From Propionibacteriaceae bacterium (GTDB taxonomy: Bacteria > Actinomycetota > Actinomycetes > Propionibacteriales > Propionibacteriaceae): DNA of 64,000 nucleotides. The DNA lies in NCBI GenBank assembly GCA_009781145.1, contig WQYR01000001.1:25339-89338 (forward strand). The letters are read 5' to 3'. The notes below the pieces were generated by a model, which saw nothing but the letters and a program-made list of their open reading frames with translations, was not told the DNA's origin and ran no database searches. The position numbers were made by a program, and so were the translations under genes. Position 1 is the first letter of the stretch. Each line of letters begins with the position of its first letter. This document shows positions 40,059 through 48,866 of the stretch, one piece after another.

Positions 40059-41569
40059 CGAGCCGAATCGCCAATCCACGCTTTCTCTCGTTGGTGACCA
40101 ACGCCGACGAGGCCGCGTCCCTGATAGGTGACGGGGACGCCATCGGCATGTCTGGTTTCACCGGCTCGGGCTACCCGAAGGCCATGCCCGCCGCACTGGC
40201 GGCCCGAATTCGCGCGGCCCATGAGCGGGGCGAGCAGTTCGCCATCAAGATGTTCACCGGCGCATCGACCGCCCCCGATTGTGACGGAGTTCTGGCCGAG
40301 GTGGACGGCGTGTCCCTACGTGCCCCCTATCAGTCCGACCCGGTGATGCGGGCCAAAATCAACGACGGCACCAGCGGCTATGCCGACGTCCACCTGTCGC
40401 ATTTTCACCACCAGGTGGTTCAGGGGTTCTTCGGAAATCTCGACTGGGCGATAGTCGAGGCGACGGCCATCACGGCCGACGGTGAGCTCGTCCCGTCCAC
40501 TTCCTTGGGGTTGAACCGCACCTACCTGGAGCACGCCAGCCGCGTCATCATTGAGGTCAACCAGTGGCAGTCACCGGAGCTTTTCGGCCTGCACGACGTG
40601 TACTACGGCACCGAGGTCGCCCCGCCTGATCGACTGCCGATTCCGCTGACACGCCCCGGCGACATCATCGGGCAACCGACACTGCGGATCGACCCGTCCA
40701 AGGTGGCGGCTGTCGTGCTGACCGACCACCACGACCGCAACGCGCCCTTCAAGCCACCGGACGCGGACTCGGCGGCCATTGCCGGGTATCTGCTCGACTT
40801 CCTGGGCTTTGAGGTGAAGGCCGGGCGCCTGCCCGCCAATCTGGCGCCCATGCAATCGGGGGTCGGCAACATCGCCAACGCAGTGCTGGTCGGGCTGTTG
40901 GGCTCGGGGCTAACCGGGCTGGCCAGTTTCACCGAAGTGATCCAGGACGGGCTGATCGACCTGATCGACGCCGGCATAGTTGACGTGGCGTCGGCCACAG
41001 CATTTTCATTGAGCCCCGAGTACGCCGCGCGTCTGAACCAGCGGGCTCACGAGTATCGCGGGCGCGTGGTGCTGCGGCCCCAGGATGTGTCCAACAGCCC
41101 CGAAGTCATAAGGCGGTTGGGTTGCATCAGTTGCAACGGCATGATCGAGGCCGACATCTATGGCAACGTCAATTCGACGCACGTCGCCGGTACAAGGATG
41201 CAAAACGGCATCGGCGGGTCGGGTGATTTCACCCGCAACGCCTCGATTTCGTGTTTCGTTTCGCCGTCGACGGCCAAGAATGGCGCGATTTCGGCGATCG
41301 TCCCCATGGTCAGCCACCACGACCACACCGAGCACGATGTCCACGTCATCATCACCGAGCAGGGACTGGCCGATCTGCGCGGGCTGGCGCCCCGTCAGCG
41401 GGTGGCGCGAATCATCGACAACTGCGCCCACCCCAGCTATCGCCCGTTGCTGCACGAGTATTACGACCGTGCTTTGCGCGTCACCAAAGGCCTGCACACC
41501 CCGCACGACCTGGCCACGGCCCTCAGCTTCCACACCCGCTTCCTGGAGACGGGTTCAATGCAGCCTTGA
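40055..41569 (+). CDS. Acetyl-CoA hydrolase/transferase family enzyme (succinate/propionate CoA-transferase, ScpC/Cat1-like)
   Basis: Aligns end to end with remembered E. coli ScpC (GFTGSGYPKA, LQSGVGNIANAV, NSTHVAGTRMQNGIGGSGDF, VIITEQGLADLRGL, IDNCAHPSYR). Confidence 0.92.
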   Translation: MTSRIANPRFLSLVTNADEAASLIGDGDAIGMSGFTGSGYPKAMPAALAARIRAAHERGEQFAIKMFTGASTAPDCDGVLAEVDGVSLRAPYQSDPVMRAKINDGTSGYADVHLSHFHHQVVQGFFGNLDWAIVEATAITADGELVPSTSLGLNRTYLEHASRVIIEVNQWQSPELFGLHDVYYGTEVAPPDRLPIPLTRPGDIIGQPTLRIDPSKVAAVVLTDHHDRNAPFKPPDADSAAIAGYLLDFLGFEVKAGRLPANLAPMQSGVGNIANAVLVGLLGSGLTGLASFTEVIQDGLIDLIDAGIVDVASATAFSLSPEYAARLNQRAHEYRGRVVLRPQDVSNSPEVIRRLGCISCNGMIEADIYGNVNSTHVAGTRMQNGIGGSGDFTRNASISCFVSPSTAKNGAISAIVPMVSHHDHTEHDVHVIITEQGLADLRGLAPRQRVARIIDNCAHPSYRPLLHEYYDRALRVTKGLHTPHDLATALSFHTRFLETGSMQP

Positions 41570-41576
41570 CGGGCGC

Positions 41577-41876
41577 CTACTGCGTCACGGCGGCCCGGTG
41601 CTGTTCGGCGACGCTGGCGAATTCTTCATTCAGGCCGTAGGTGTCAACGGCCACGCGGTACACCTGCTCCGCGGCGTCCGCAGCATGTTTCACAAACCTT
41701 TCGGCTTTGGGGACACCCCAATCAAGGTCGAGCAACTGCTTGAGCGATCGGTCCGACGTGCTGGTCTGCAAGGGTGTGCCGTCCGATTGCCAAGGGTTGG
41801 GCACAACGTCAAATAATGGGGATGGGGCCCATTGGCCGTCGGCGTCTTGTAAGTCCAATGGACATACCAGGTGGGC
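41577..41876 (-). pseudogene. C-terminal remnant of a HipA-family toxin kinase
   Basis: The frame reads ...GQWAPSPLFDVVPNP...L.T......LDLDWGVPKAE...V..AV.....YGL..EF. This resembles the last ~90 aa of HipA-like proteins (W.LSPAFD.NP motif). No kinase core is present and no ATG or GTG start exists in frame; the only candidate is a TTG at 41858. Confidence 0.5.
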
Positions 41877-41877
41877 A

Positions 41878-42165
41878 TTACAACTCCTTCCTGGCTGCCG
41901 CCGTGAGCAGAGTCTGACCACGGATTGACTGGGTCGGGTCAATTGCGGCCGCTGTCGCCTCGTCCAGGCCAAGTACTGCCAGGACTGCCAGAAGGTTCTC
42001 AAAGCGAACTGTGCCCGGCTGGTTCTCGATGTCTCGCAAGGTTTTCCTGGTTATGCCAGCGCGATCCGCCACTCGGCTGGCGGTCAGTCCCTGCGCGATG
42101 CGCCAGGTCTTGAGGTCGGAGCCAATCTTGACGAGTAGCTTCTCGGTCTTGGGATGAAGATTCAT
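41878..42165 (-). CDS. XRE-family helix-turn-helix protein (HipB-like antitoxin)
   Basis: IGSDLKTWRIAQGLTASRVADRAGITRKTLRDIENQ HTH motif. The ATG at 42165 follows GGGAG; alternatives are at 42180 and 42198. Confidence 0.8.
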   Translation of the reverse strand: MNLHPKTEKLLVKIGSDLKTWRIAQGLTASRVADRAGITRKTLRDIENQPGTVRFENLLAVLAVLGLDEATAAAIDPTQSIRGQTLLTAAARKEL

Positions 42166-42185
42166 TTTTGGCACTCCCATGGCTA

Positions 42186-42222
42186 CTATAGTGATCAAAA
42201 TCAGTCTGTCTGATCACTATAG
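42186..42222 (-). promoter_or_regulatory. Perfect 12-bp inverted repeat, putative operator of the HTH gene
   Basis: CTATAGTGATCA (42186-42197), a 13-nt spacer, then TGATCACTATAG (42211-42222). It lies 20-55 nt upstream of the HTH start in an AT-rich stretch. Confidence 0.65.
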
Positions 42223-42248
42223 CATCCATGACCCATGCACAGGCGGCT

Positions 42249-42890
42249 TCAATTCATCAACAAGTCAGTCAGTTGGGTGACGTCGTTCGCCATGGCGTCG
42301 GGTGCCAGAGCTTGCAGTTCTTCAGCTAGGCCGGCACCCCAGGTGACGGCGATTATCGCCATGCCGGCGGCCTTTGCCGCCACGACATCATGGATGGCGT
42401 CACCCACATAGACGCAGTCTTCGGGACGGACACCGAGCTTGGCGGCCGCTGCCAGAAGCGGCTCGGGGTCGGGCTTGTGGGCGGTAGTGTCCTCCATGGC
42501 GCCCAGCAACTCGATCAGCCCTTCGACGCCGGCCTGACGCATCGTCACCAGCGCCACCTCGCGGCGTTTCGCCGTCACCACACCAATCACGGCGCCGGCG
42601 TCTGCCAGCGATACCAGCAATTCGGGCATGCCGGGGTAGCCGGCGATCTGGTCGACATGATCGGCGTAGTAGGCGCGGTAGACGACCTCCATATCGGGGC
42701 CATGGTCAGGCGCCTCGCGAGCATACGTCTGGCGCAGCGTCTCACCGATCCAGTGCAGCGCCACGTCTCGCTCGACCGTCCGTCCGATCGTGGCAAAAGC
42801 GGCTCGGTACGACGCGACCACCAAGTCGATGGAATTGGCCAAAGTGCCATCCAGGTCGAACAGGACGACGGGCCAGCGCAGGTTTGACAT
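42249..42890 (-). CDS. HAD-superfamily hydrolase (phosphoglycolate phosphatase/PpaX-like)
   Basis: Motif I VLFDLDGTLANS and motif IV VYVGDAIHDV. Confidence 0.85.
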   Translation of the reverse strand: MSNLRWPVVLFDLDGTLANSIDLVVASYRAAFATIGRTVERDVALHWIGETLRQTYAREAPDHGPDMEVVYRAYYADHVDQIAGYPGMPELLVSLADAGAVIGVVTAKRREVALVTMRQAGVEGLIELLGAMEDTTAHKPDPEPLLAAAAKLGVRPEDCVYVGDAIHDVVAAKAAGMAIIAVTWGAGLAEELQALAPDAMANDVTQLTDLLMN

Positions 42891-43108
42891 GCAGCCAGTC
42901 TATTGGGGTTTCGAATGCCGCCGCATCGACGCTTGAAATTGGGGTGTCATGCCGCGAGGCGGCGTTCAGTGACGCAATATTGGCTGATTTGGCACCACGC
43001 ATCACCGCTTCGGCGGTGGAAAACGTCGAAACGTCGCGTCCTCTGCGGCGCAAGAAGAACCAGCGATCAGTGTTACCCTAGAAGTTCGACCAAGAGACGG
43101 GATTAGCA

Positions 43109-44314
43109 ATGAAATTCGACCAGGCGGAGCGGTTACGGGGCGTGCGTTATGACGTGCGGGGCGCCAACATGGTCGAGGCCCAGCGCATGGAGGCCCTGGG
43201 CGAGCGCATCCTGAAACTCAACATCGGCAACCTGGCGCCCTTCGGTTTTGAGGCGCCAGAAACCATTGTTCGCGCGGTCGTTGCGCATTTACCTGAGTCA
43301 GAGGGCTATTCAGACGCGCGTGGCGTTTACAGCGCCCGCACTGCGGTGGCCAACTACTACCAAGAGCATGGCCTGAAAATCGACGTCGACCAGGTGTGGC
43401 TGGGCAACGGCGTCTCGGAGCTGATCGCCATGGTGCTGAGCGCCATGATCAACGCGGGGGACGAAATCTTGATCCCGGCACCCGACTACCCGTTGTGGAC
43501 GGCCCAGGCCACACTCTGCGGCGCCGAGGTGGTCCATTACCTGTGTGACGAGGCGAACGACTGGAACCCAGATGTCGCCGACATCGCCGCCAAGATCACA
43601 CCCAAGACGCGCGCCATCGTGTTGATCAACCCGAACAACCCGACCGGCGCCGTCTATGATCGCAAGACGGTGCAGGCCGTCGTCGATTTGGCCAGGGCCC
43701 ACAATCTGATCGTCTTGTCGGACGAGATTTACGAGAAGATCATCTATTCAGGCGAGCACACCTACACCGCCGAATTGACGGGCTCCGACGTGTTGTGCCT
43801 GACATTCTCGGGTCTGTCGAAGGCCTACCGGGCGTGCGGCTACCGGGCCGGCTGGGTGGTTGCCACGGGGCCGCTGGCGGCGGCATCCGGGTTGCTGGAC
43901 GGGCTGAACTTGCTTGCCAACATGCGGATGTGTGCCAATGTGCCGGCCCAGCACGCCATCCAAACGGCGCTTGGCGGGCATCAATCCGTCGACGCGTTCT
44001 GTGTGCCAGGTGGGCGTTTCTACGACCAGCTCCAACTGGCACATGAGTTGCTCGTCCAGATACCGGGCGTCACCTGCGTGCCGGCCAGCGGCGCGCTGTA
44101 CCTATTCCCGCGCCTTGACCCAGCCGTCTACCCGATCGACGACGACGAGGCCTGGGCGCTAGATCTTTTGCGCGCGGAGAAGATCCTCGTCAGCCACGGA
44201 CGAGGCTTCAACTGGCCCAACCCTGATCACTTCCGGCTTGTTGCACTGCCTGAAGAAGAGGTACTGCGCGACGCCATCGGCCGGCTGTCCAACTTCCTTG
44301 CCACGCAGCGGTAG
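43109..44314 (+). CDS. alaA: PLP-dependent aminotransferase, AlaA-type (alanine transaminase)
   Basis: Near-colinear with remembered E. coli AlaA (LKLNIGN.APFGF.AP, GNGVSELI, INPNNPTGAVY, SGLSKAYR, CANVPAQHAIQTALGG). Confidence 0.88.
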   Translation: MKFDQAERLRGVRYDVRGANMVEAQRMEALGERILKLNIGNLAPFGFEAPETIVRAVVAHLPESEGYSDARGVYSARTAVANYYQEHGLKIDVDQVWLGNGVSELIAMVLSAMINAGDEILIPAPDYPLWTAQATLCGAEVVHYLCDEANDWNPDVADIAAKITPKTRAIVLINPNNPTGAVYDRKTVQAVVDLARAHNLIVLSDEIYEKIIYSGEHTYTAELTGSDVLCLTFSGLSKAYRACGYRAGWVVATGPLAAASGLLDGLNLLANMRMCANVPAQHAIQTALGGHQSVDAFCVPGGRFYDQLQLAHELLVQIPGVTCVPASGALYLFPRLDPAVYPIDDDEAWALDLLRAEKILVSHGRGFNWPNPDHFRLVALPEEEVLRDAIGRLSNFLATQR

Positions 44315-44447
44315 GAATTTCGCTTTGGGTGTTATGAAACGCCCCGTCCGACCGTCTTTATTGATGTGTGTTGTCGCAGCAACGGCCAATAAGGGTTGGT
44401 CCGATGCTGCGGCAGGGGATAGCGCGCAGTCGCCCTAGGGAGAGCGA

Positions 44448-44473
44448 AGGGTGAGGCAGAAATGCCTCACCCT
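44448..44473 (+). terminator. Stem-loop with a GAAA tetraloop downstream of the aminotransferase gene
   Basis: 11-bp stem AGGGTGAGGCA / TGCCTCACCCT. No U-tract follows. Confidence 0.5.
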
Positions 44474-44532
44474 CTAAAGGCGAAAGCGAACAGACTAGAG
44501 AAAAGCAGGACAACACGGGGTAAGCTCGTCAG

Positions 44533-45855
44533 GTGGCCATGGATGATTTGGCATTGCTTGACGACGCTGCCCTGCTTGGGAGGGCCAGGGACGGTGTCGA
44601 TGGAGCATTCGAGACGCTGTGGACGCGGTATTACGCGTCAGCGTTCAACTATGCCAAAACGAGGGTCGGGGGACGCGGCTTTGACGCGGACGAGGTTGTC
44701 ACCGATGCCTACACCAGAATCTGGCGATCGCTTAATGACGGACGCGGACCGTCAACCAATTTCCGGGCTTACCTATATGCGGCCATCCGAACGGTGGCTT
44801 GGGACAGGGCCATACGCACGGATCAGTCGCTGGATGACGCTGGAGACCTGGCGGCGCCGCAGTTGGACGAGCCCAGCAGCGACGATGACACGGTGGCGCG
44901 GTGCTTCTATGCACTCAACGAGCGGTACAGGACGGTGCTGTGGCTCAGTGCTGTCGAGGGGTACAAGCCGGCGGAAATCGGCAAGGCTTTGGGCATCGAT
45001 GCCCGCAATGCTTCAGTGCTCATCATGCGGTCGAAGGAGTCCTTCCGCAAGATGTACATGGGTGAAACAAGCAATTTGGGAGACGATGTGAGCGAAGACG
45101 ATGCGCAGGCGAGGCCGCCGTCTGGGGTGCCCCAGACAGCGTCCAAACCTAAGGCGACCAGCGCTTTGGGTCGCCATTTACTTGGAGGGGTTGCAGGGCT
45201 TACAGTCGCCCAAGCCGCAGTTGCCGGGGCAAATTGGGCATCGGCTGCGGTTATAGTCAATCCACCATCTATGCCGGCCAGCATTATGTTGGCGGCCGGT
45301 GCTGCCGCAGCCGGGGGGGCTGCGGCAGCTTCCGGCAGTTCTGGCGCGACCGCGGGGTCGGGCTCGGCTGGCGCATCCTCAGGTGGGTCATCTGGTGGCG
45401 CATCGGGCGGAGCGTCCGCTGGGGCGGCAAGTGGTGGCGCGTCCACCGGCACAATGGTGGCTGTCGGTGTGGCTGTAGTGGCCGTCATCGGTGCGGCGGC
45501 TTTAGGCATCAGCGCACTGGTCAGGTCGAATGGCCCCAACCCGGCGCCTCCGCCAGTCGTCACCCAGACGTCGACGACGGCTCCGCCGTCCACAACCACG
45601 ACGCCGCCGGCCACCACACCGTCCGAGTCTCCTACGCCCGAGACGCCATCAGCGACGTCGACGACCCAGCCACCTCGCTCAACCACTACTACCCAGCCGC
45701 CGGTGAATCCACCTCCGCCACCCCCCACCACTACCCAGCCGCCGCCCACCGTCGACCCGACTGTGCCGTGGATCACCGACGGGTCGCAGTGCACCGGCTC
45801 TGATCAGTGGTACGGCCCATGGCCGGACGGTCCGTTCACCCATTGCCCGGCGTGA
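44533..45855 (+). CDS. ECF-type sigma-70 family factor fused to a membrane-spanning and Pro/Thr-rich C-terminal extension
   Basis: Region 2 (FETLWTRYY...DEVVTDAYTRIW) and region 4 (YRTVLWLSAVEGYKPAEIGKALGIDARNASVLIMRSKESF). These are followed by hydrophobic segments, a Gly/Ala/Ser tract, a PT-rich tail and two terminal Cys. An alternative ATG is at 44539. Confidence 0.8.
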   Translation: MAMDDLALLDDAALLGRARDGVDGAFETLWTRYYASAFNYAKTRVGGRGFDADEVVTDAYTRIWRSLNDGRGPSTNFRAYLYAAIRTVAWDRAIRTDQSLDDAGDLAAPQLDEPSSDDDTVARCFYALNERYRTVLWLSAVEGYKPAEIGKALGIDARNASVLIMRSKESFRKMYMGETSNLGDDVSEDDAQARPPSGVPQTASKPKATSALGRHLLGGVAGLTVAQAAVAGANWASAAVIVNPPSMPASIMLAAGAAAAGGAAAASGSSGATAGSGSAGASSGGSSGGASGGASAGAASGGASTGTMVAVGVAVVAVIGAAALGISALVRSNGPNPAPPPVVTQTSTTAPPSTTTTPPATTPSESPTPETPSATSTTQPPRSTTTTQPPVNPPPPPPTTTQPPPTVDPTVPWITDGSQCTGSDQWYGPWPDGPFTHCPA

Positions 45856-45876
45856 TAGGCACCACCCGCTAATATC

Positions 45877-47142
45877 TTGAGCGTGGATCTAATAGTGGTA
45901 GGCGCCGGTCCTTCCGGCTGCGCGGCGGCATTGACGGCGGCTCGTGCTGGCCTTGACGTGCTTCTTCTGGACAAAGCCGCAGCGATGCCCCGCGCGAAAA
46001 CATGTGGCGACGCGTTGACGCCAAGGGCTGTGGCTGCGCTGGCTGCCTTGGGCTTGGACATCCCGGCTCATTGGCACAGGTCGCAGGGCATCGCCGTCTA
46101 TGGTGACCACAACGGCCCATTTGTCTTCGAGTGGCCAGCCTCGTCCGGTTTGCCGACAGTGTCTTGTACGGTGCCGCGTTCCGAGTTTGATTACTTCATG
46201 CTTCAGGCAGCGCAGGCGGCCGGCGTCAAGGTCCGTCTGGGCGTGGCGATTCATGGGCCGATCACCGACGGCAGCCGGGTGGTTGGTGTCAGTGGCAATG
46301 GTGAAATCTGGTTGGCGCCGGTCGTCATAGATGCCACGGGCGCGTCCGCCCGTCTTGGCGTACCGGCCGGTATGCCGCGCCTGACGCAGCGTCCGATGGG
46401 AGTGGCGGCCCGCGGCTACATGCGCGCGCTTGGCCCCCAGGCGCCGGAGGAGAAGTGGCTGCATTCGTGGTTGGCAATGCCCGAGCCAGACTCGCCGACG
46501 GAGACACGTCTGGTGGGCTACGGCTGGGTGTTCCCAATGGGGGACGGGCTTTACAACGTGGGCATCGGGCAGCTATCGACGGGCGCCACTTTTGCGCGGA
46601 CTGACCATAAGGCGATGCTGGCGGATTGGGTCAAGACGCTGCCCGAGAAATGGGGCATGACCTGGGTGGACGCCGATGGCGCGCCGACTGACAAGCCGGA
46701 GGTTTTGAGCGCCGCCCTGCCGATGGGGCTGAACCGAAAGGTCGTGTACCGCAACGGCACGCTACTGGTGGGCGACGCCGCCGGCCTGGTAAGCCCGTAT
46801 GACGGCGAGGGTGTGTCCTGGGGCATGGAGTCGGGCATCTGGGCGGGCGAAGCGGTTGCCGCCGCCAAGGCCGCGGGCTTCGGCACGCCCGAAGGCGAGC
46901 AGGCGTTGCAGGGGTATCACTGGCGCGTCAAGGCCGAGATCGGACGCTACTACCGCGGCGGCGTGGTGTTCACCAAGCTGATGGGCAACCCAACCGTCCT
47001 GGCTGCCTGCCTGAAGTACGGCCTGCCCCGCAAGTGGGTGATGCGCATTGTCAACAAGATGATGGCCGACCTGATAGCGCCGAAGGGTGGCCCCCTGGAT
47101 GACAGAATCCTGCGTTTCCTGCTAAGGGTGGTCTTCCCCTAG
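45877..47142 (+). CDS. Geranylgeranyl reductase family FAD-dependent oxidoreductase (MenJ-like)
   Basis: DLIVVGAGPSGCAAA dinucleotide fold, KTCGDALTP, and the GDAAGLVSP motif. The start is TTG or GTG. Confidence 0.85.
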   Translation: MSVDLIVVGAGPSGCAAALTAARAGLDVLLLDKAAAMPRAKTCGDALTPRAVAALAALGLDIPAHWHRSQGIAVYGDHNGPFVFEWPASSGLPTVSCTVPRSEFDYFMLQAAQAAGVKVRLGVAIHGPITDGSRVVGVSGNGEIWLAPVVIDATGASARLGVPAGMPRLTQRPMGVAARGYMRALGPQAPEEKWLHSWLAMPEPDSPTETRLVGYGWVFPMGDGLYNVGIGQLSTGATFARTDHKAMLADWVKTLPEKWGMTWVDADGAPTDKPEVLSAALPMGLNRKVVYRNGTLLVGDAAGLVSPYDGEGVSWGMESGIWAGEAVAAAKAAGFGTPEGEQALQGYHWRVKAEIGRYYRGGVVFTKLMGNPTVLAACLKYGLPRKWVMRIVNKMMADLIAPKGGPLDDRILRFLLRVVFP

Positions 47143-47240
47143 GGCCGCCGACAAACCACCGGGGGTTATTGAGGTAGACTCGCTTGGGTCACACAAGCCG
47201 CCCCCCAGCGGACCTACCGGTCGACAAAGGAGATTCGTCC

Positions 47241-47600
47241 GTGAGCCCTTACATCCCAATTGTGGGTATGGTCGCCTTGGCGACGGTGTTCGTTGTTGCA
47301 GCCGTCGGACTGAGCGTCAAGGTTGGGCCGCGCCGCCGCAACCTCACCAAGGAAGACTCCTACGAGTGCGGCGTCGACCCGACGCCCGCGCCCGTCGGTG
47401 GTGGCCGTTTCTCGGTCAAGTACTACATAACAGCCATGCTGTTCATCATCTTCGACATTGAGATCGTCTTCCTGTACCCCTGGGCCGTCAGTTTCGACCG
47501 GCTGGGGCTCTTCGCAGTCGGCGCCATGGTGACTTTCATCGCGACGGTCTTCGTCGCGTATTTTTACGTGCTGCGCCGCGGCGGGTTGGAGTGGGACTGA
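47241..47600 (+). CDS. nuoA: NADH-quinone oxidoreductase subunit A
   Basis: GTG after AAGGAGA. YECG and FIIFDIE motifs. Confidence 0.93.
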   Translation: MSPYIPIVGMVALATVFVVAAVGLSVKVGPRRRNLTKEDSYECGVDPTPAPVGGGRFSVKYYITAMLFIIFDIEIVFLYPWAVSFDRLGLFAVGAMVTFIATVFVAYFYVLRRGGLEWD

Positions 47601-48184
47601 TGGGCTTGGAAGAACGCTTGCCATCTGGCATCATCTTGACGACCCTGGAGCAGGTGGCTGGCTGGACCCGCCGTACCTCGTTTTGGCCTCTGACAATGGG
47701 TTTGGCCTGCTGTGCCATCGAAATGATCAGCTACGGCGGCCCCCGCGCCGACGCCGGCCGTTGGGGCCAAGAGGTGTTCCGCGCCTCACCCCGCCAGGCC
47801 GATCTGATGATCGTTGCCGGCCGGGTCAGCCAGAAAATGGCGCCCCTGGTGCGTCGCCTCTACGACCAGATGGCCGACCCCAAATGGGTCATCGCGATGG
47901 GCGCCTGCTCGTCGTCGGGCGGCATCTTCAACAACTATGCGGTCGTGCAGGGAGTCGACCATGTCGTCCCCGTCGACATGTACCTGCCGGGGTGCCCACC
48001 CCGCCCCGACCAGTTGATGGACGCCGTGTTCAAGCTGAAGGAAAATGAAGTCTTCCACGCACCCATTGGGGCAGACGATGTGGCCAACCGCAAGGCAGTT
48101 GAGGCCGCCAAACTGGTAGCCACCCCGTTGGGCGCATTGAACCCGGTGACGGGTGACGACACGAAGGCGGTGACTCATGTCTGA
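47600..48184 (+). CDS. nuoB: NADH-quinone oxidoreductase subunit B
   Basis: GLACCAIEM and CPPRP Fe-S motifs. The ATG overlaps the nuoA stop. Confidence 0.96.
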   Translation: MGLEERLPSGIILTTLEQVAGWTRRTSFWPLTMGLACCAIEMISYGGPRADAGRWGQEVFRASPRQADLMIVAGRVSQKMAPLVRRLYDQMADPKWVIAMGACSSSGGIFNNYAVVQGVDHVVPVDMYLPGCPPRPDQLMDAVFKLKENEVFHAPIGADDVANRKAVEAAKLVATPLGALNPVTGDDTKAVTHV

Positions 48185-48866
48185 AACGCCCCCGGACGCA
48201 CTGCCGGTCGTCCCATTGCCGGACGTGCCGACCATCATCGACAGCCAGGAAGGCATCTGGGGCAACACCAGCCCCGACGTCTCGGGCTTCGGCGGGCTGG
48301 CCCGCCGCTATGACATGCCCGGCCAGGTGGCGCCGCCACTGGAAGGCTGGTTCGCCGTCGTCGATCAGGCGATCAGCGCCAAAGTGCCCGACGCCGTCTT
48401 GGCTCGTTTCGTCGACCGTGGCGAGTTGACGCTGCGGGTGCGCCCCGACCTTCTGCCAGAATTGGCGCGGGTGCTTCGTGACGACCCCTACCTGCGGTTC
48501 GAGGTCTGTGGGTCGGTGTCGGGGGTCCACTACCCGGCGCAGGTTGGCAGTGAACTGCACGCGGTGTATCACCTGCTGAGCATCACCCACAATCGGCGCC
48601 TGCGTCTCGAGGTGGCAGTGCCTGAAACGAACCCGCATGTGCCTTCAGTCACCGCCACATGGCCGATGGCAAACTGGCACGAGCGCGAAACCTACGACAT
48701 GTTCGGCATCATTTTCGACGGGCACCCTGGACTCACCCGCATACTCATGCCGGACGACTGGGTGGGCTGGCCGCAGCGCAAGGACTACCCACTTGGTGGC
48801 ATCGATGTGCAATTCAAGGGTGCCAGCACGCCGGCGGCCGACAATCGCAGGAGCTACGCCCGATGA
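48177..48866 (+). CDS. nuoC: NADH-quinone oxidoreductase subunit C
   Basis: [20 protein letters not shown] motif. Confidence 0.95.
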   Translation: MSETPPDALPVVPLPDVPTIIDSQEGIWGNTSPDVSGFGGLARRYDMPGQVAPPLEGWFAVVDQAISAKVPDAVLARFVDRGELTLRVRPDLLPELARVLRDDPYLRFEVCGSVSGVHYPAQVGSELHAVYHLLSITHNRRLRLEVAVPETNPHVPSVTATWPMANWHERETYDMFGIIFDGHPGLTRILMPDDWVGWPQRKDYPLGGIDVQFKGASTPAADNRRSYAR

